A stretch of 32,000 nt of DNA from a virus. Position 1 is the stretch's first letter; the number at the start of each line of letters is the position of its first letter. The notes beneath the pieces were generated by a model. It was not told where the DNA came from. It saw only the letters and a program-made list of their open reading frames with translations, and did not search any database. Positions 11,152 to 20,853 of this stretch are shown one piece after another. The translations under genes and the position numbers were made by a program. The DNA is taken from positions 77,957 through 109,956 of IMG/VR virus record IMGVR_UViG_3300045988_183024. One strand, 5' to 3'.

Positions 11152-11475
11152 ATGACCGTAACGAACACTGTAACAGAAACAGAACACTTAACTCCCCTGC
11201 GTTCCGCTGTAGAGCACATCAACTGGAATACTTTGTACCAGCAGAAAATGGCTCTCGAAGAAGTCTCTGACATGCTCTATGCCAAGAGAAAAGAGGATGA
11301 CACGTTTGGCAAGGCTTCCGCCTGGCTCGAAAGCGTCATTGCACTCATGGGACGCTTGGGGGATGCAGCAGAAGAGGAAGGAAAGTTTAATTATCCCGAA
11401 CGGGATGAAAACGACAAGCACCTGGATGATAGGTTCAATCATGTGTTGAATCAGTACCCGGATGTGGATATCTGA
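11152..11475 (+). CDS. Hypothetical protein
   Basis: RBS aaggag and 107 aa ORF. Confidence 0.7.
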   Translation: MTVTNTVTETEHLTPLRSAVEHINWNTLYQQKMALEEVSDMLYAKRKEDDTFGKASAWLESVIALMGRLGDAAEEEGKFNYPERDENDKHLDDRFNHVLNQYPDVDI

Positions 11476-11496
11476 CCAGTTCATATCAGGAGGACA

Positions 11497-11742
11497 ATGA
11501 TGCGGATTAACAGCAGTTGTGTGCTTCAAAGCACCACGAGTCTCAACGCAAGAGTTCTTCCGCTCATTGGACGGGTCGGAACTCTTGAGCTATCAAGCGG
11601 ACAGCCTCTCGTATTCAAAACAGCGACACCAAAACAGCAAGACATTCTGCGTACCAGCACGGTAAAAGCCATTGGCTTTGTAGGCAGCAGAATCTTCGTC
11701 AAAACCGAGCGAGGAACCCAATACACATTTGAATTTCAGTAA
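11497..11742 (+). CDS. Small hypothetical protein
   Basis: RBS aggagg; 81 aa ORF. Confidence 0.6.
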   Translation: MMRINSSCVLQSTTSLNARVLPLIGRVGTLELSSGQPLVFKTATPKQQDILRTSTVKAIGFVGSRIFVKTERGTQYTFEFQ

Positions 11743-11823
11743 CTACCAAGCGGCCACTAATCTCATTTTTTTATAGATTGGCGGCCGCTATTATTTTTAT
11801 CAATTTGAAAGGAAGTTTTTATC

Positions 11824-12708
11824 ATGAATTTCATCAATACCGCCGCCAAGAAAGAACGCACCCATGTAGAAGAAATCATCAAGTCTCAGCCTGTTATGCC
11901 TCATGAAGGCATAACTGCCACTGAGATTGGTATTTGCGGCAAGCAGAATCTTTTCATGGACGTTTATCGCCCGGATAACGATGCCGAAAAGCATCCGATT
12001 ATCATCGATATCCATGGTGGCGGCTTGATTGCTGGCCGGAAAGAACAGAATCAAAACCTGGCAACCTGGCTCGCTAAGGAAGGCTATCTCACCTTTGTAC
12101 CGGATTACCGTCTGGTCCCTGAAACCAATATCTTTGGTCAAATCACTGATGTCATCAATGCGTTTGCTACTGTAGCTGAACGTGCTGAAGATTTCGTCGG
12201 TGACTTGAATCAGGTCTTTGTAGTTGCCGACAGCGCTGGCGCATTCCTTGCCTGCATGGCAAGCTCTATTCTCCGCTATCCTGTCAAGATGCAGCCGGTA
12301 GAGGACGAACTGGAAGAGAATGTACCCGAGGCAGCCAAGAAGCTCGTCATCAACGCGATGGGCCTGCAGAGCGGTATGTATTACATCTACAAGGGCCAGG
12401 TAGGTTTGCTTCAGAACTACTATATGTCTAAGGGCTGGAAGAATCACAGTTATGCTGAGTTCATCAAGCCTGAAACCTATTCTAAACTCATCCCCCCGTG
12501 CTATATCTGCACCGGGAAAAAGGACTTTCTCAAGAAACAGACTTTTGGGTTTAAGAAATGCCTCGAAAACGAGCGCGTTCACCACGACTACGGTTTTGTT
12601 TCCAAGAAGGAAACCGTTCATGCTTTTGCAGCACTGTATCCTGAATCCGAATCCGCAGTCGGTGTAAACCGCGAGATGATTCGGTTCTTCGACAGTTTCA
12701 AAAAATAA
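11824..12708 (+). CDS. Alpha/beta hydrolase fold esterase/lipase (HSL-like)
   Basis: Oxyanion HGGG motif (IIIDIHGGGLIAG) and nucleophile motif VADSAGAFLA. Confidence 0.85.
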   Translation: MNFINTAAKKERTHVEEIIKSQPVMPHEGITATEIGICGKQNLFMDVYRPDNDAEKHPIIIDIHGGGLIAGRKEQNQNLATWLAKEGYLTFVPDYRLVPETNIFGQITDVINAFATVAERAEDFVGDLNQVFVVADSAGAFLACMASSILRYPVKMQPVEDELEENVPEAAKKLVINAMGLQSGMYYIYKGQVGLLQNYYMSKGWKNHSYAEFIKPETYSKLIPPCYICTGKKDFLKKQTFGFKKCLENERVHHDYGFVSKKETVHAFAALYPESESAVGVNREMIRFFDSFKK

Positions 12709-12746
12709 TAAAACCAAAAAAACAAATAACAAGGAGGCATTTCATA

Positions 12747-13157
12747 ATGACTCACAATGAGTTGGTTCATGACCTCTGCACTCAAGATTCGATTGTGGTG
12801 CAGAACTTTGCTGAGCTGATGCGGTTTGTGCTCGACGGCAAAGCGGAAGTTATCTACGACGGTTGGATTAACGTCTATGTTCCTATCTGGTTTGATGCTG
12901 ATATGGCATTTGGCCTTGATTTGAACACAGAAGAAAATGCAGATTGGATTAACATGTACATTGACTGGCATCCGGACGATACCATTCATGCCTATGTATC
13001 TTACTGCAACAATTCTACTGACGACCCCGACTTTACTCTTGAAGTCATCATGAGTCCTCACCACCGGGAATTGTTCAATGCGTATTTCAAAGAACAGTTT
13101 AAGGCGATTTATCACATGAGTGTCGAAGAAGCGTGGGCTAAATTCGGCACCGAATAA
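12747..13157 (+). CDS. Hypothetical acidic protein
   Basis: RBS acaaggagg; 136 aa ORF. Confidence 0.7.
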   Translation: MTHNELVHDLCTQDSIVVQNFAELMRFVLDGKAEVIYDGWINVYVPIWFDADMAFGLDLNTEENADWINMYIDWHPDDTIHAYVSYCNNSTDDPDFTLEVIMSPHHRELFNAYFKEQFKAIYHMSVEEAWAKFGTE

Positions 13158-13176
13158 TATAGTGAGGAGAAATATC

Positions 13177-13665
13177 ATGGCACGTAAAGAAATCAAAATT
13201 TTCATGGACGCCAAGGAAGCTGCCAGTTTCCTGAAAACTATCGATTGGTCCTGGCTGTTCGGCTTTCTCAGTGAGCGCTATAACGTTTCGCTCAGCCCTC
13301 ACAAAGAGCTGAAAGACAACGGCGCAGCAATCATCAAGGTCGAATGGCCTGATGAACTGATTGAAAAGTGCGGAATGATGGCTGATGTCTTCTCGTCAGT
13401 CAAGCTCGTCACGTTCGATTCGTATTTCAAGGAAATCGTGGAATACGATGAAGATAAGTTCAATGAAGAACGTGAAGCATGGTTTACCAATCCGACAAAG
13501 ACGTTCAGCTATCTCGATTGCGATGGCATCGTCAAGGAACGGACTCTTGCGCTGAACATCTCCCTTCGCTATACGCTGTATGACGGAGGCTACAATTTCG
13601 CAACACTGCTCTATGCGGTTTATTCCGACGTGAACGGCTGGACTGTACAGATGAAAAAGGAGTAA
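13177..13665 (+). CDS. Hypothetical protein
   Basis: The start is corrected from 13120 to the ATG after gtgaggag; product MARKEIKIFMDAKEAASFLK... Confidence 0.7.
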   Translation: MARKEIKIFMDAKEAASFLKTIDWSWLFGFLSERYNVSLSPHKELKDNGAAIIKVEWPDELIEKCGMMADVFSSVKLVTFDSYFKEIVEYDEDKFNEEREAWFTNPTKTFSYLDCDGIVKERTLALNISLRYTLYDGGYNFATLLYAVYSDVNGWTVQMKKE

Positions 13666-13670
13666 TAGCA

Positions 13671-14213
13671 ATGGTTGAAATGGCATTTAAGGTAAATCCC
13701 GGCACCACTTTCTACAAGAATTATTTCGCGACAAAGGAGGAAAAAGCGCATTTCATTGAAATTGCAAAGCAGTTTTTCGACAAATATTTCCCTGATGAGA
13801 AGCTTTCGTATGTTTTGAATGACCGACTGACTGTTGATTTGAAGCCGGAACTGCTCGCCAAATACGAGTCCCAGGTTATGAAACGCCGTGACCCTCACGG
13901 TTTTGTCATCTTCAAACAGCGTTCGCCCATGAACTGCCTGTGGGAAGATGAGGTCTGTAAGAACGTGAACGGCAAGAAATTCCTTGCCAACCAGTTCTGG
14001 TGGGCCGACTTCAACGGTTCTGGCCGCATCACTACGGAGCTGTGGGATGATGAGCAGGGAAATATCTACGGATATTATTCCTGCGAATATGCAACTCGCA
14101 GCACCAAGGTTCCAGACACCGTTACACAGATTAAGCTGAGTGAATATCACGCGGCTTACGAAGCATACACGGAAGCCAAAAAAACAACTGCTGACGCCGC
14201 TGCTACAGCTTGA
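13671..14213 (+). CDS. Hypothetical protein
   Basis: 180 aa ORF. Its TGA overlaps the -35 of the next cassette. Confidence 0.75.
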   Translation: MVEMAFKVNPGTTFYKNYFATKEEKAHFIEIAKQFFDKYFPDEKLSYVLNDRLTVDLKPELLAKYESQVMKRRDPHGFVIFKQRSPMNCLWEDEVCKNVNGKKFLANQFWWADFNGSGRITTELWDDEQGNIYGYYSCEYATRSTKVPDTVTQIKLSEYHAAYEAYTEAKKTTADAAATA

Positions 14214-14340
14214 CGCTGCTTGCGATGCCGGTAAAATTGTGAATGTACGATAGATAGCATCTGCGCATTTTAACGCTCGTACAATTCACAAACTGATACA
14301 ACTAGGCAGACTCATCACCACGATGGGCCTGCCTTTTTTG
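14210..14340 (+). promoter_or_regulatory. Promoter-leader-terminator cassette
   Basis: TTGACG-ctgctTGCGAtgccgg-TAAAAT; TGTACGATAGATAGCATC...CTCGTACAATTCAC; terminator AGGCAGACTCATCACCACGATGGGCCTGCCTTTTTT. Confidence 0.85.
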
Positions 14341-14363
14341 TTTACAGAAAAAGGAGAAAAAAT

Positions 14364-14933
14364 ATGAACACAAAACGAATCAAAGAATTGGCTGCACTGA
14401 CCGATGGAGAACTCGCAAGGAAACTTCTCATTCAGGAGTTTGGCAATGACTCTGAAACCCATTGGGGAAACAACGCACACGATGAACGTGTGATGGTTAC
14501 TATCAATCCAGACGGAATCGCTCAAAGAACCTGGGAAGCCGACCATTGGGTTCGACTTGACGAATTCGACAAAGACGGTTTCTATGCCCGTGAGATTTAC
14601 GAGGGAAAATGGGTCGATGAGCCATTGCCCAAAAACGTCATTGCACGAAATGTCACAATTGCTGCACCGAAACCTATTCAGCAGGAATCCAAAGACACTG
14701 AAATTCTTCGAGCGGCACAAGTCCTGTGCAAGCAGCTGACCGGAGATGACACCTTTGGATGGAATCCTGAGCTTCTTGCACAGGTTGCAGATTGCACGGC
14801 AGCTTTGCTTGCCACCAACGGAATCAGCTCTCATTTTCCGAGCGCCAATACTGAACCCATCTGCTCTTGGGAAAAGCCGGTCGTCGAATATCAGCGTCCG
14901 GATTACGCCCTGGAGTATGGTACTAACTACTAA
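14364..14933 (+). CDS. Hypothetical protein
   Basis: RBS aaaaggag; 189 aa ORF. Confidence 0.75.
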   Translation: MNTKRIKELAALTDGELARKLLIQEFGNDSETHWGNNAHDERVMVTINPDGIAQRTWEADHWVRLDEFDKDGFYAREIYEGKWVDEPLPKNVIARNVTIAAPKPIQQESKDTEILRAAQVLCKQLTGDDTFGWNPELLAQVADCTAALLATNGISSHFPSANTEPICSWEKPVVEYQRPDYALEYGTNY

Positions 14934-14948
14934 AACGAGGAGGATATC

Positions 14949-15335
14949 ATGGCAAAAAACTATTTTGGTGTCGTTCTGACCACCAAGGAACACGATAAAT
15001 ATCGTCTTGTAGTATACCGCTACAAGGACCCTGGCATCCTTAATACCTGCCCGATGTGTCAGCTGCTTCGGGCCATTCACAAATTCCAGCAGGAATACGC
15101 TGAAATTCACCGCGAACATTGCAGCCGTATCCCGCCTCGCAAGTGGTACGAGCTTGGCAGAGCAATGCCGAGTATCGTTCTGCGGAAATACGGCCTGGAA
15201 AAGCATTACGAGATGTCATTTGAGCCGAGCCGCGTGCCTCCAGCTTCTGCGCTGAAACTCATCCCTGGTGCGACCGCTTCTAACTGGAAGCAGTACATCT
15301 GGTACGTTGATGGTGATGTGACGATGCTTGGGTAA
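14949..15335 (+). CDS. Hypothetical protein
   Basis: RBS gaggagg; 128 aa ORF. Confidence 0.7.
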   Translation: MAKNYFGVVLTTKEHDKYRLVVYRYKDPGILNTCPMCQLLRAIHKFQQEYAEIHREHCSRIPPRKWYELGRAMPSIVLRKYGLEKHYEMSFEPSRVPPASALKLIPGATASNWKQYIWYVDGDVTMLG

Positions 15336-15341
15336 AGACCA

Positions 15342-15473
15342 TTGCACATTCGTGCGAGACTCATACAATTAGAATTGTACGATAGATACCAGCAATCGAA
15401 AAGGCATCCTGCCTTTCGTACAATTCACATTTCGCTTGAAAGCGGACTTCCCAATCGGGAGGCCCGCTTTTTT
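15342..15473 (+). promoter_or_regulatory. Promoter-leader-terminator cassette
   Basis: TTGCAC-attcgTGCGAgactca-TACAAT; ATTGTACGATAGATACC...TTTCGTACAATTCAC; terminator AAAGCGGACTTCCCAATCGGGAGGCCCGCTTTTTT. Confidence 0.9.
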
Positions 15474-15499
15474 GCGTACTACAAAAAGGAGTGTAAATT

Positions 15500-15790
15500 A
15501 TGTTTATCATCACAAAGACTTTCACCGATGACGAGGGCCATCTTTTCACAAAAGTAAATCCAAAGCAATATTCTACCCCGGAAGAAGCATACGATGCTAT
15601 GCGTGAGGATTACCTCAACGAGCTCAAAAGCCGAGGTCTTGAGGACAACGGTAGTTCCAATGACGATGGCGAATCCTGTCCTGGCGGATACATCATCGGC
15701 GATGAGGCAGAAATCTACGATTTTGCCCAATACACCCCGTATGAACAGCTTCTTCCTGCTGTTTTGTTCGGAGTCCATCGGATTGGTTAA
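15500..15790 (+). CDS. Small protein, family E (paralog of 25642-25917)
   Basis: MFIITKTFTDDEGHLFTKVNPKQYSTPEEAYDAMREDYLNELKSRGL, with a clear paralog directly after the 25487 cassette. Confidence 0.75.
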   Translation: MFIITKTFTDDEGHLFTKVNPKQYSTPEEAYDAMREDYLNELKSRGLEDNGSSNDDGESCPGGYIIGDEAEIYDFAQYTPYEQLLPAVLFGVHRIG

Positions 15791-15801
15791 GGAGAATCGC
15801 A

Positions 15802-16608
15802 ATGGCTAAGAAAAGTGCAAGAAAAGAAATCGCAAAAATCAACCTGAAACAAGCTGCGCTCGAAGGTTTTTCCTACGAGAGAGCCTGTGAAACTGCCAAG
15901 CGTGCAGGGAAACCCTCTTATCGCTTCACGGTCGGCGACAAAGTACAGGTTGGTCACCTTCTAAACTGCGTTGTTGACGAGGCTCTGGAAGGCGGGTACA
16001 TGTATCTTATCCGCAGTGGTGCAAACAGCGATAACTATTCCTGCTGGGCTTGGACGAACGTTCGCCCGCTGGATAATGACAATAGCACGCAGTTTGCAAA
16101 GCGCAATTCTGCGCTGTCTCGTCTGCATTACTCGAACCGCAGTATGTACTCTCTGCTCAGCTTCCAATACCTGTTCGGCGTTGATTTCAACCCTGATTAT
16201 CAGCGTGGTTCTGCTTGGGATGATGAGGACAGGGAAAAGCTGTTGGACAGCATCTTTATGGGTCGCGAGATTGGTCGTTTCGTCTTTAAGCAGCTGCCAT
16301 TCACTCGCACAAGCGACGATGGCAACTACTATGAAATCGTTGATGGCAAGCAGCGTATGTTGACCCTGCTTGCTTTTTATGAGAACCGATTCCCGTACAA
16401 AGGCGTATTTTACAACGACCTTTCCGCACAGGACAAGAACTGGTTTATGGATGCCTCCATTGGCGTTGCTGAGATTGACCAGAGCGTAACTCGCGCAGAA
16501 GTCTTGGAAATTTTCCTTGCCCTGAATGAAGGCGGTAAGCCTGTCGCAAAGGAAGTCCTCGACCATGCACGCGAATTGCTGAACGAAGAGAAGGGAGAAG
16601 GATTATGA
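15802..16608 (+). CDS. DUF262-like (ParB/Srx-fold) protein, family D
   Basis: FNPDYQRGSAWDDEDREKLLDSIFMGREIGRFVFKQLP...YYEIVDGKQRMLTLLAFYENRF matches DUF262 N-terminal motifs (YQR..W, DGKQR). Confidence 0.8.
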   Translation: MAKKSARKEIAKINLKQAALEGFSYERACETAKRAGKPSYRFTVGDKVQVGHLLNCVVDEALEGGYMYLIRSGANSDNYSCWAWTNVRPLDNDNSTQFAKRNSALSRLHYSNRSMYSLLSFQYLFGVDFNPDYQRGSAWDDEDREKLLDSIFMGREIGRFVFKQLPFTRTSDDGNYYEIVDGKQRMLTLLAFYENRFPYKGVFYNDLSAQDKNWFMDASIGVAEIDQSVTRAEVLEIFLALNEGGKPVAKEVLDHARELLNEEKGEGL

Positions 16609-17285
16609 GTCCTATGTTCAAACAAAAGGTCGGTATGACGAAAATTTATGCAAAAGGAATCGCAGAACTCTTTCTTATTCGCTACAATCCCTATCATTGG
16701 GACGGCAGCGGGGAAGTGCCTGATAACATCAGCTTCGATGTGTACAAGCGCAAAATCGATGAAACATACGATGGCTGCACACTCGAAATTCAGCTTTGCA
16801 AACCTGATGGTTGTCTTTGCTATGCGGCTTCTGTTCACCTGTATGAAGGCGGATTCTGGACAGGGCACGGCATTGGCTGTTTCGACAAGACTGCGATTTG
16901 CAACGACCCTGGTTCTGTCGATGCCTTGACAAGCGCCATCATGCGAGTGTGCATGACATACGAAAACCTCACAAATTTCCGCAAGGTTTTCGTCAAGTGC
17001 CTTACCATCAGCCAGAAACGAATGAACGAAATCAAGCAGTATACCGATGACGGCAAAGAGCAGGATGAAATCGAGTTAGAGTCCGTTATCTTTTCCGATG
17101 GCATGCACATGGATGTCCGCTGCATTCCGCGTCACAACGGGCCTTCCTGGTGTGAAGCGGCTATTTATCGTGAGGATGAAGATATCGTCACATCTGAGCC
17201 TAGCAATTCGTTTTACAATCACTGGGTTTGCCAGACAGCAAACGCTACCTACCATCTTTATATGGGTATTGCCGATACCGAGTGA
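16605..17285 (+). CDS. Hypothetical protein, family C (partner of the DUF262-like protein)
   Basis: 4-bp ATGA overlap with the upstream gene. NPYHWDGSGEVPDNISFD and FSDGMHMDVRC are shared with 29115-30431. Confidence 0.75.
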   Translation: MSPMFKQKVGMTKIYAKGIAELFLIRYNPYHWDGSGEVPDNISFDVYKRKIDETYDGCTLEIQLCKPDGCLCYAASVHLYEGGFWTGHGIGCFDKTAICNDPGSVDALTSAIMRVCMTYENLTNFRKVFVKCLTISQKRMNEIKQYTDDGKEQDEIELESVIFSDGMHMDVRCIPRHNGPSWCEAAIYREDEDIVTSEPSNSFYNHWVCQTANATYHLYMGIADTE

Positions 17286-17288
17286 TGC

Positions 17289-17424
17289 TTGACGCATTAT
17301 GCGAGTTGCATAAACTTGTAACTGTATGATAGATACCATTTATGACTGATATTTTGGGTCTTGATTACAATTCATATTTCTGCATTAAGGGCAGGCTTCC
17401 TATTTTGGGAAGTCTGCCTTTTTT
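17289..17424 (+). promoter_or_regulatory. Promoter-leader-terminator cassette, weaker closing stem
   Basis: TTGACG-cattaTGCGAgttgca-TAAACT; GTATGATAGATACCATTTA...GATTACAATTC; terminator AAGGGCAGGCTTCCTATTTTGGGAAGTCTGCCTTTTTT. Confidence 0.8.
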
Positions 17425-17453
17425 GTATAACAACTTTAGATAGGAGCGTTTCA

Positions 17454-18461
17454 ATGTACATCAAAAAAATCACCTTCAAAGCATTCAAAGACTATCTCAA
17501 AAATCCAACCGATTTCTTTTTGGAAGGCAACATTTTCATATCTGACGATATTGCAAAATATTGCCGCCTCGTCCGAACCCCTGCAGCAAAAGGAGAACAC
17601 AATGTTGAGGTTCTTTATGGTAAAGTACAGTTTACATACCACCCGGAACGCAACATAGGTGGCAGATATTTTTACTCCAACGCTTCTTTGGATTTCATGG
17701 GGTACGTTGTTGACGGTGAAACAATATATTCTGCCAGTGAAGCCCTCCACGAATTGTTCCCAAAATTCAAAACGGACACGACGGACGAACAGATTCTCAT
17801 TGCCGCTTCAGAGGAATTGGAGGCATATCTCGACACGACTGTATGTATTGAGCCTCACGAGCTTCTTGACCCTCGCTACCAACGTAGGGCTTACAAGCCC
17901 GCAGTCAAAAAATACGCGCTGGGAAATTCTGCTTGCGGGACTATCTTTGACAACTTCCCCAACCTCCTTCACCATTTTGACGATATTGACAAGGTCGATT
18001 TTCTTGCCAACCCTACCGGTTGGGGTGAAAGATATGCAACTATGAAAGAATCCCTCTTGTTCGATAATGAGACAGTAAAATTCATGCTTTGTGTCCAACA
18101 TTGCGTCAAACAGTACATCAAAGAATTCGAAGAACACACCGATTGCTATGAAAGCCAGTGCGAAACGCTCATGGATGCTCTCGACGACTGCAATATTGTG
18201 CGCATTGCCATCAAAGTAAATGGGCAAACATATCGGGTCGACTATCCAGCAGCTTGGATACAGGATTACGAAACAATTTCCACCAAAGGTCTTCCGATAC
18301 GGGGTATTCGCGGGAGCAAAGCCAAAATCGACAGATTCCTTTCCGAGAACTACAAGGACTACGACCACGAGACCATTCCGCTGAAGCTCATCTCCCATAT
18401 TCGAAACAATAGGGACAGAAAGGGTACTATTTGGACCAACCCGTTCTTCGAAGAGGTCTGA
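17454..18461 (+). CDS. Hypothetical protein, family B
   Basis: The start is corrected from 17361, inside the leader, to MYIKKITFKAFKDYLKNP...; paralog of 19181-20209. Confidence 0.75.
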   Translation: MYIKKITFKAFKDYLKNPTDFFLEGNIFISDDIAKYCRLVRTPAAKGEHNVEVLYGKVQFTYHPERNIGGRYFYSNASLDFMGYVVDGETIYSASEALHELFPKFKTDTTDEQILIAASEELEAYLDTTVCIEPHELLDPRYQRRAYKPAVKKYALGNSACGTIFDNFPNLLHHFDDIDKVDFLANPTGWGERYATMKESLLFDNETVKFMLCVQHCVKQYIKEFEEHTDCYESQCETLMDALDDCNIVRIAIKVNGQTYRVDYPAAWIQDYETISTKGLPIRGIRGSKAKIDRFLSENYKDYDHETIPLKLISHIRNNRDRKGTIWTNPFFEEV

Positions 18462-18471
18462 GAAGTAGCTC

Positions 18472-18607
18472 TTGCCAAAGTGTGCGAACCGCATATTATA
18501 AAAGTGTGCGATAGATAACATCTATATTAGGCGCAGCTATTGCGCTCGTACACTTCACAATTTCGCTTGAAGAGCGGACTCCCCACATTGGGAGGTCCGC
18601 TCTTTTT
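18472..18607 (+). promoter_or_regulatory. Promoter-leader-terminator cassette with compensatory stem change
   Basis: TTGCCA-aagtgTGCGAaccgca-TATTAT; AGTGTGCGATAGATAACATCTA...GCTCGTACACTTCAC; terminator AAGAGCGGACTCCCCACATTGGGAGGTCCGCTCTTTTT. Confidence 0.9.
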
Positions 18608-18637
18608 GCGTTATAACAACAAAAGGAGTGTGTTTTT

Positions 18638-19123
18638 ATGAAAATGACAATCACAGGCCAAATTGATGGCAAATCCGTGCCGATAACTATTCCGATTGAA
18701 AAAGTTATCGAAGCTTTCTGGCCTTACGCCACCAAACCTTCTGCTCTCTCTGTTTCCACTGAGCTTGACGCAGACGGCATCAGTGCTAACTTTATGCTCG
18801 GCCAGGAAACGAAGGATTCTTATCCCGGTATCTGGCTCACCAGCAAAAACAGCAATACCGGTCGTGCAGGTTTCTGGTTCTGTTTGGAGCTGCCGAACGA
18901 AACCAACGACATGGTAAAAGGCTATCTGTACGCTGGCGATGATGAAACAGAGACGGACCAACCTCTAGCTGTTATCGCTGATGGCGTTCGCAACGACGAC
19001 GATGACTCAAAGCGCATGCTTTGGGTGGATGAGTCGTTGACTCACGTTGAACCTCTAACCGACAACAATCTGAAACGCCAAGGCGCTGCCACCGAAAAGC
19101 AACTCGATGAGTACGACGTTTGA
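18638..19123 (+). CDS. Hypothetical protein, family A
   Basis: YLYAGDDETETDQPLAVIADG matches YLYSGNSETESDDWLLRIVDG in 27344-28051. Confidence 0.75.
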   Translation: MKMTITGQIDGKSVPITIPIEKVIEAFWPYATKPSALSVSTELDADGISANFMLGQETKDSYPGIWLTSKNSNTGRAGFWFCLELPNETNDMVKGYLYAGDDETETDQPLAVIADGVRNDDDDSKRMLWVDESLTHVEPLTDNNLKRQGAATEKQLDEYDV

Positions 19124-19180
19124 ACTGATACCATAAATTTCCCCACCTAACCATAAATAACAAATAAGGAGAGTAAAACT

Positions 19181-20209
19181 ATGTATCTCGAAACTATTGA
19201 TGAAAAAGCGTTCCGTTCTTTTCTTTCTAATCCTGCTATTTCCGTTCTGGACGGTAACGTTCTGGGTAAGTACAACGGCTCGAATTTCTACCGTTTTGTC
19301 CGCGTCCCCCTTTCCGATGGCGAGCATAGTGTCGAGGCATTATTTGGGCAAATGTGCAGTAACTATCCCACCAGCATGAGCAAAAACCATTTTTCTGAAC
19401 AGCATAACCTTGAGTTTATGGCTTATGTTGTGGACCACGAAAAGACCTATGCTGAAAGCTATGAGTTCCTGCGATTGTTTGATGTCACCTCTGCTTACAC
19501 TGGTCCCCATTCCGCAATGGGTGAAATGACGAAAACGCTGTGGGATTATCTGGAGCAGAAAACAATTCTCGACCCTGACTATCTGAACACGCCCGAATTG
19601 CAGAACGAGGCTTATGAAAACGCTGTCAAACAGTATGTCCTGCAAAAGAAAGACACCGCATTTGAAGAAAGCCTTCGTAAATTTCTTGAGCACATTGATG
19701 ACACCGCGACCATCGAGTTCTTTGCTAATCCTACCGGATGGGCGGAAAGGGTAGTCAATGTCCTCGATAAGAATCTCACTTCTCGCGATGGCACACCTTT
19801 CAGCGAAAGCATCGGGAAAAAATTCGTTGCCGTCCAACGTCTTACCCAATCAAGGATGCTGGAGTTCCAGTCCAAGCCACATTGTTGGGAAAGTGAGTGC
19901 CGTAGTTTGTTTGCTGCGACTTCAAAAGCAAAAAAAATTCGGCTCGTTATTGAAGCCAATGGAAAAGAAATGCAGGTGCAATATCCTGTTTCCAACCTGA
20001 TTACTTTTGAAATGATTAAGAATAAGGTCATTTCTGCATGGGCTATTGCACCGCGCAAGCTCAGCGATGAGGTGAAAAAATTTCTTGTGGAGAACTGTGC
20101 TGGCTACAGTAAATACTGGTCTGATATTCCCATGAAGACCGTCTCTCGCATTGAAAGTGGGCGCAAAGTTCTTTGGGAAAACCCTATTTTTGAGGAAACC
20201 AAAAAATGA
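19181..20209 (+). CDS. Hypothetical protein, family B
   Basis: Paralog of 17454-18461 (MYLETIDEKAFRSFLSNP...; LMAYVVDHEK vs FMGYVVDGET). Confidence 0.75.
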   Translation: MYLETIDEKAFRSFLSNPAISVLDGNVLGKYNGSNFYRFVRVPLSDGEHSVEALFGQMCSNYPTSMSKNHFSEQHNLEFMAYVVDHEKTYAESYEFLRLFDVTSAYTGPHSAMGEMTKTLWDYLEQKTILDPDYLNTPELQNEAYENAVKQYVLQKKDTAFEESLRKFLEHIDDTATIEFFANPTGWAERVVNVLDKNLTSRDGTPFSESIGKKFVAVQRLTQSRMLEFQSKPHCWESECRSLFAATSKAKKIRLVIEANGKEMQVQYPVSNLITFEMIKNKVISAWAIAPRKLSDEVKKFLVENCAGYSKYWSDIPMKTVSRIESGRKVLWENPIFEETKK

Positions 20210-20213
20210 ACAG

Positions 20214-20346
20214 TTGCCAAGTTGTGCGGACCGGGTAGAATAGGTATTGTACGATAGATAACATTCTATGCCTATTTCGGCCGTACAATTTACAGTTTTG
20301 TTTGTAAGCAAAGCAGACTCGTCATTTTGATGAGCCTGCTTTTTTG
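20214..20346 (+). promoter_or_regulatory. Promoter-leader-terminator cassette
   Basis: TTGCCA-agttgTGCGGaccggg-TAGAAT; ATTGTACGATAGATAACATTCTA...CCGTACAATTTAC; terminator AAGCAGACTCGTCATTTTGATGAGCCTGCTTTTTT. Confidence 0.85.
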
Positions 20347-20367
20347 TTTACAGGAAAGGAAGTACCT

Positions 20368-20598
20368 ATGAGAAAAATGTACGAAATCAAATGCAAAGTT
20401 CCTGTCGCGTTCTACGTCGAAGCAGAAACCGCTGATGAAGCAATCGATACCATCCGCTCTATGTTCTCCGACAGAGAAGACCCGGACTACGCCGCTGTCA
20501 TCGAAGACGCTGTAAACAACAGCCTCGACAACGACATGGTACGGGAATTTGATGCCATTGAGCAGAAGGAGGAAACCATCTATGTTTCTCGTCTATGA
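20368..20598 (+). CDS. Small acidic hypothetical protein
   Basis: The start is corrected from 20344 to the ATG after gaaaggaag; product MRKMYEIKCKVPVAFYVEAETADEAIDTIR... Confidence 0.65.
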   Translation: MRKMYEIKCKVPVAFYVEAETADEAIDTIRSMFSDREDPDYAAVIEDAVNNSLDNDMVREFDAIEQKEETIYVSRL

Positions 20599-20833
20599 AG
20601 AGAATCATATTCCAGGCTGCGATACAGTAGAGAATTTTGCTTTGTTCACCGAAGCGAAAAACGCCCTTACTTATATGGAAAATCGTAAACAGCACTATTT
20701 ATCAAAGACTGGTTTTTCTGTGCCTGACAGCCTTGACGAGGATACCGACGGCATCTGTGTCAAATTTATTGACTACGACGGGACAGATGCTGGAAAAATC
20801 TTTATTCGTATTGCAAAAGTTGACCCGCAGTAA
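20582..20833 (+). CDS. Small hypothetical protein
   Basis: The start is corrected to the ATG after aaggagg; overlaps the previous gene by 17 bp (MFLVYEENHIPGCDTVENF...). Confidence 0.6.
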   Translation: MFLVYEENHIPGCDTVENFALFTEAKNALTYMENRKQHYLSKTGFSVPDSLDEDTDGICVKFIDYDGTDAGKIFIRIAKVDPQ

Positions 20834-20853
20834 AATGCAAAGGAGAAACTACC

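Noticed and set aside
15361-15549. Minus-strand ORFs repeatedly encoding ...GPPNWEVRLQAKCELYER...
   Set aside because: The shared peptide comes from translating the repeated leader/terminator DNA antisense. It is not a conserved protein domain.
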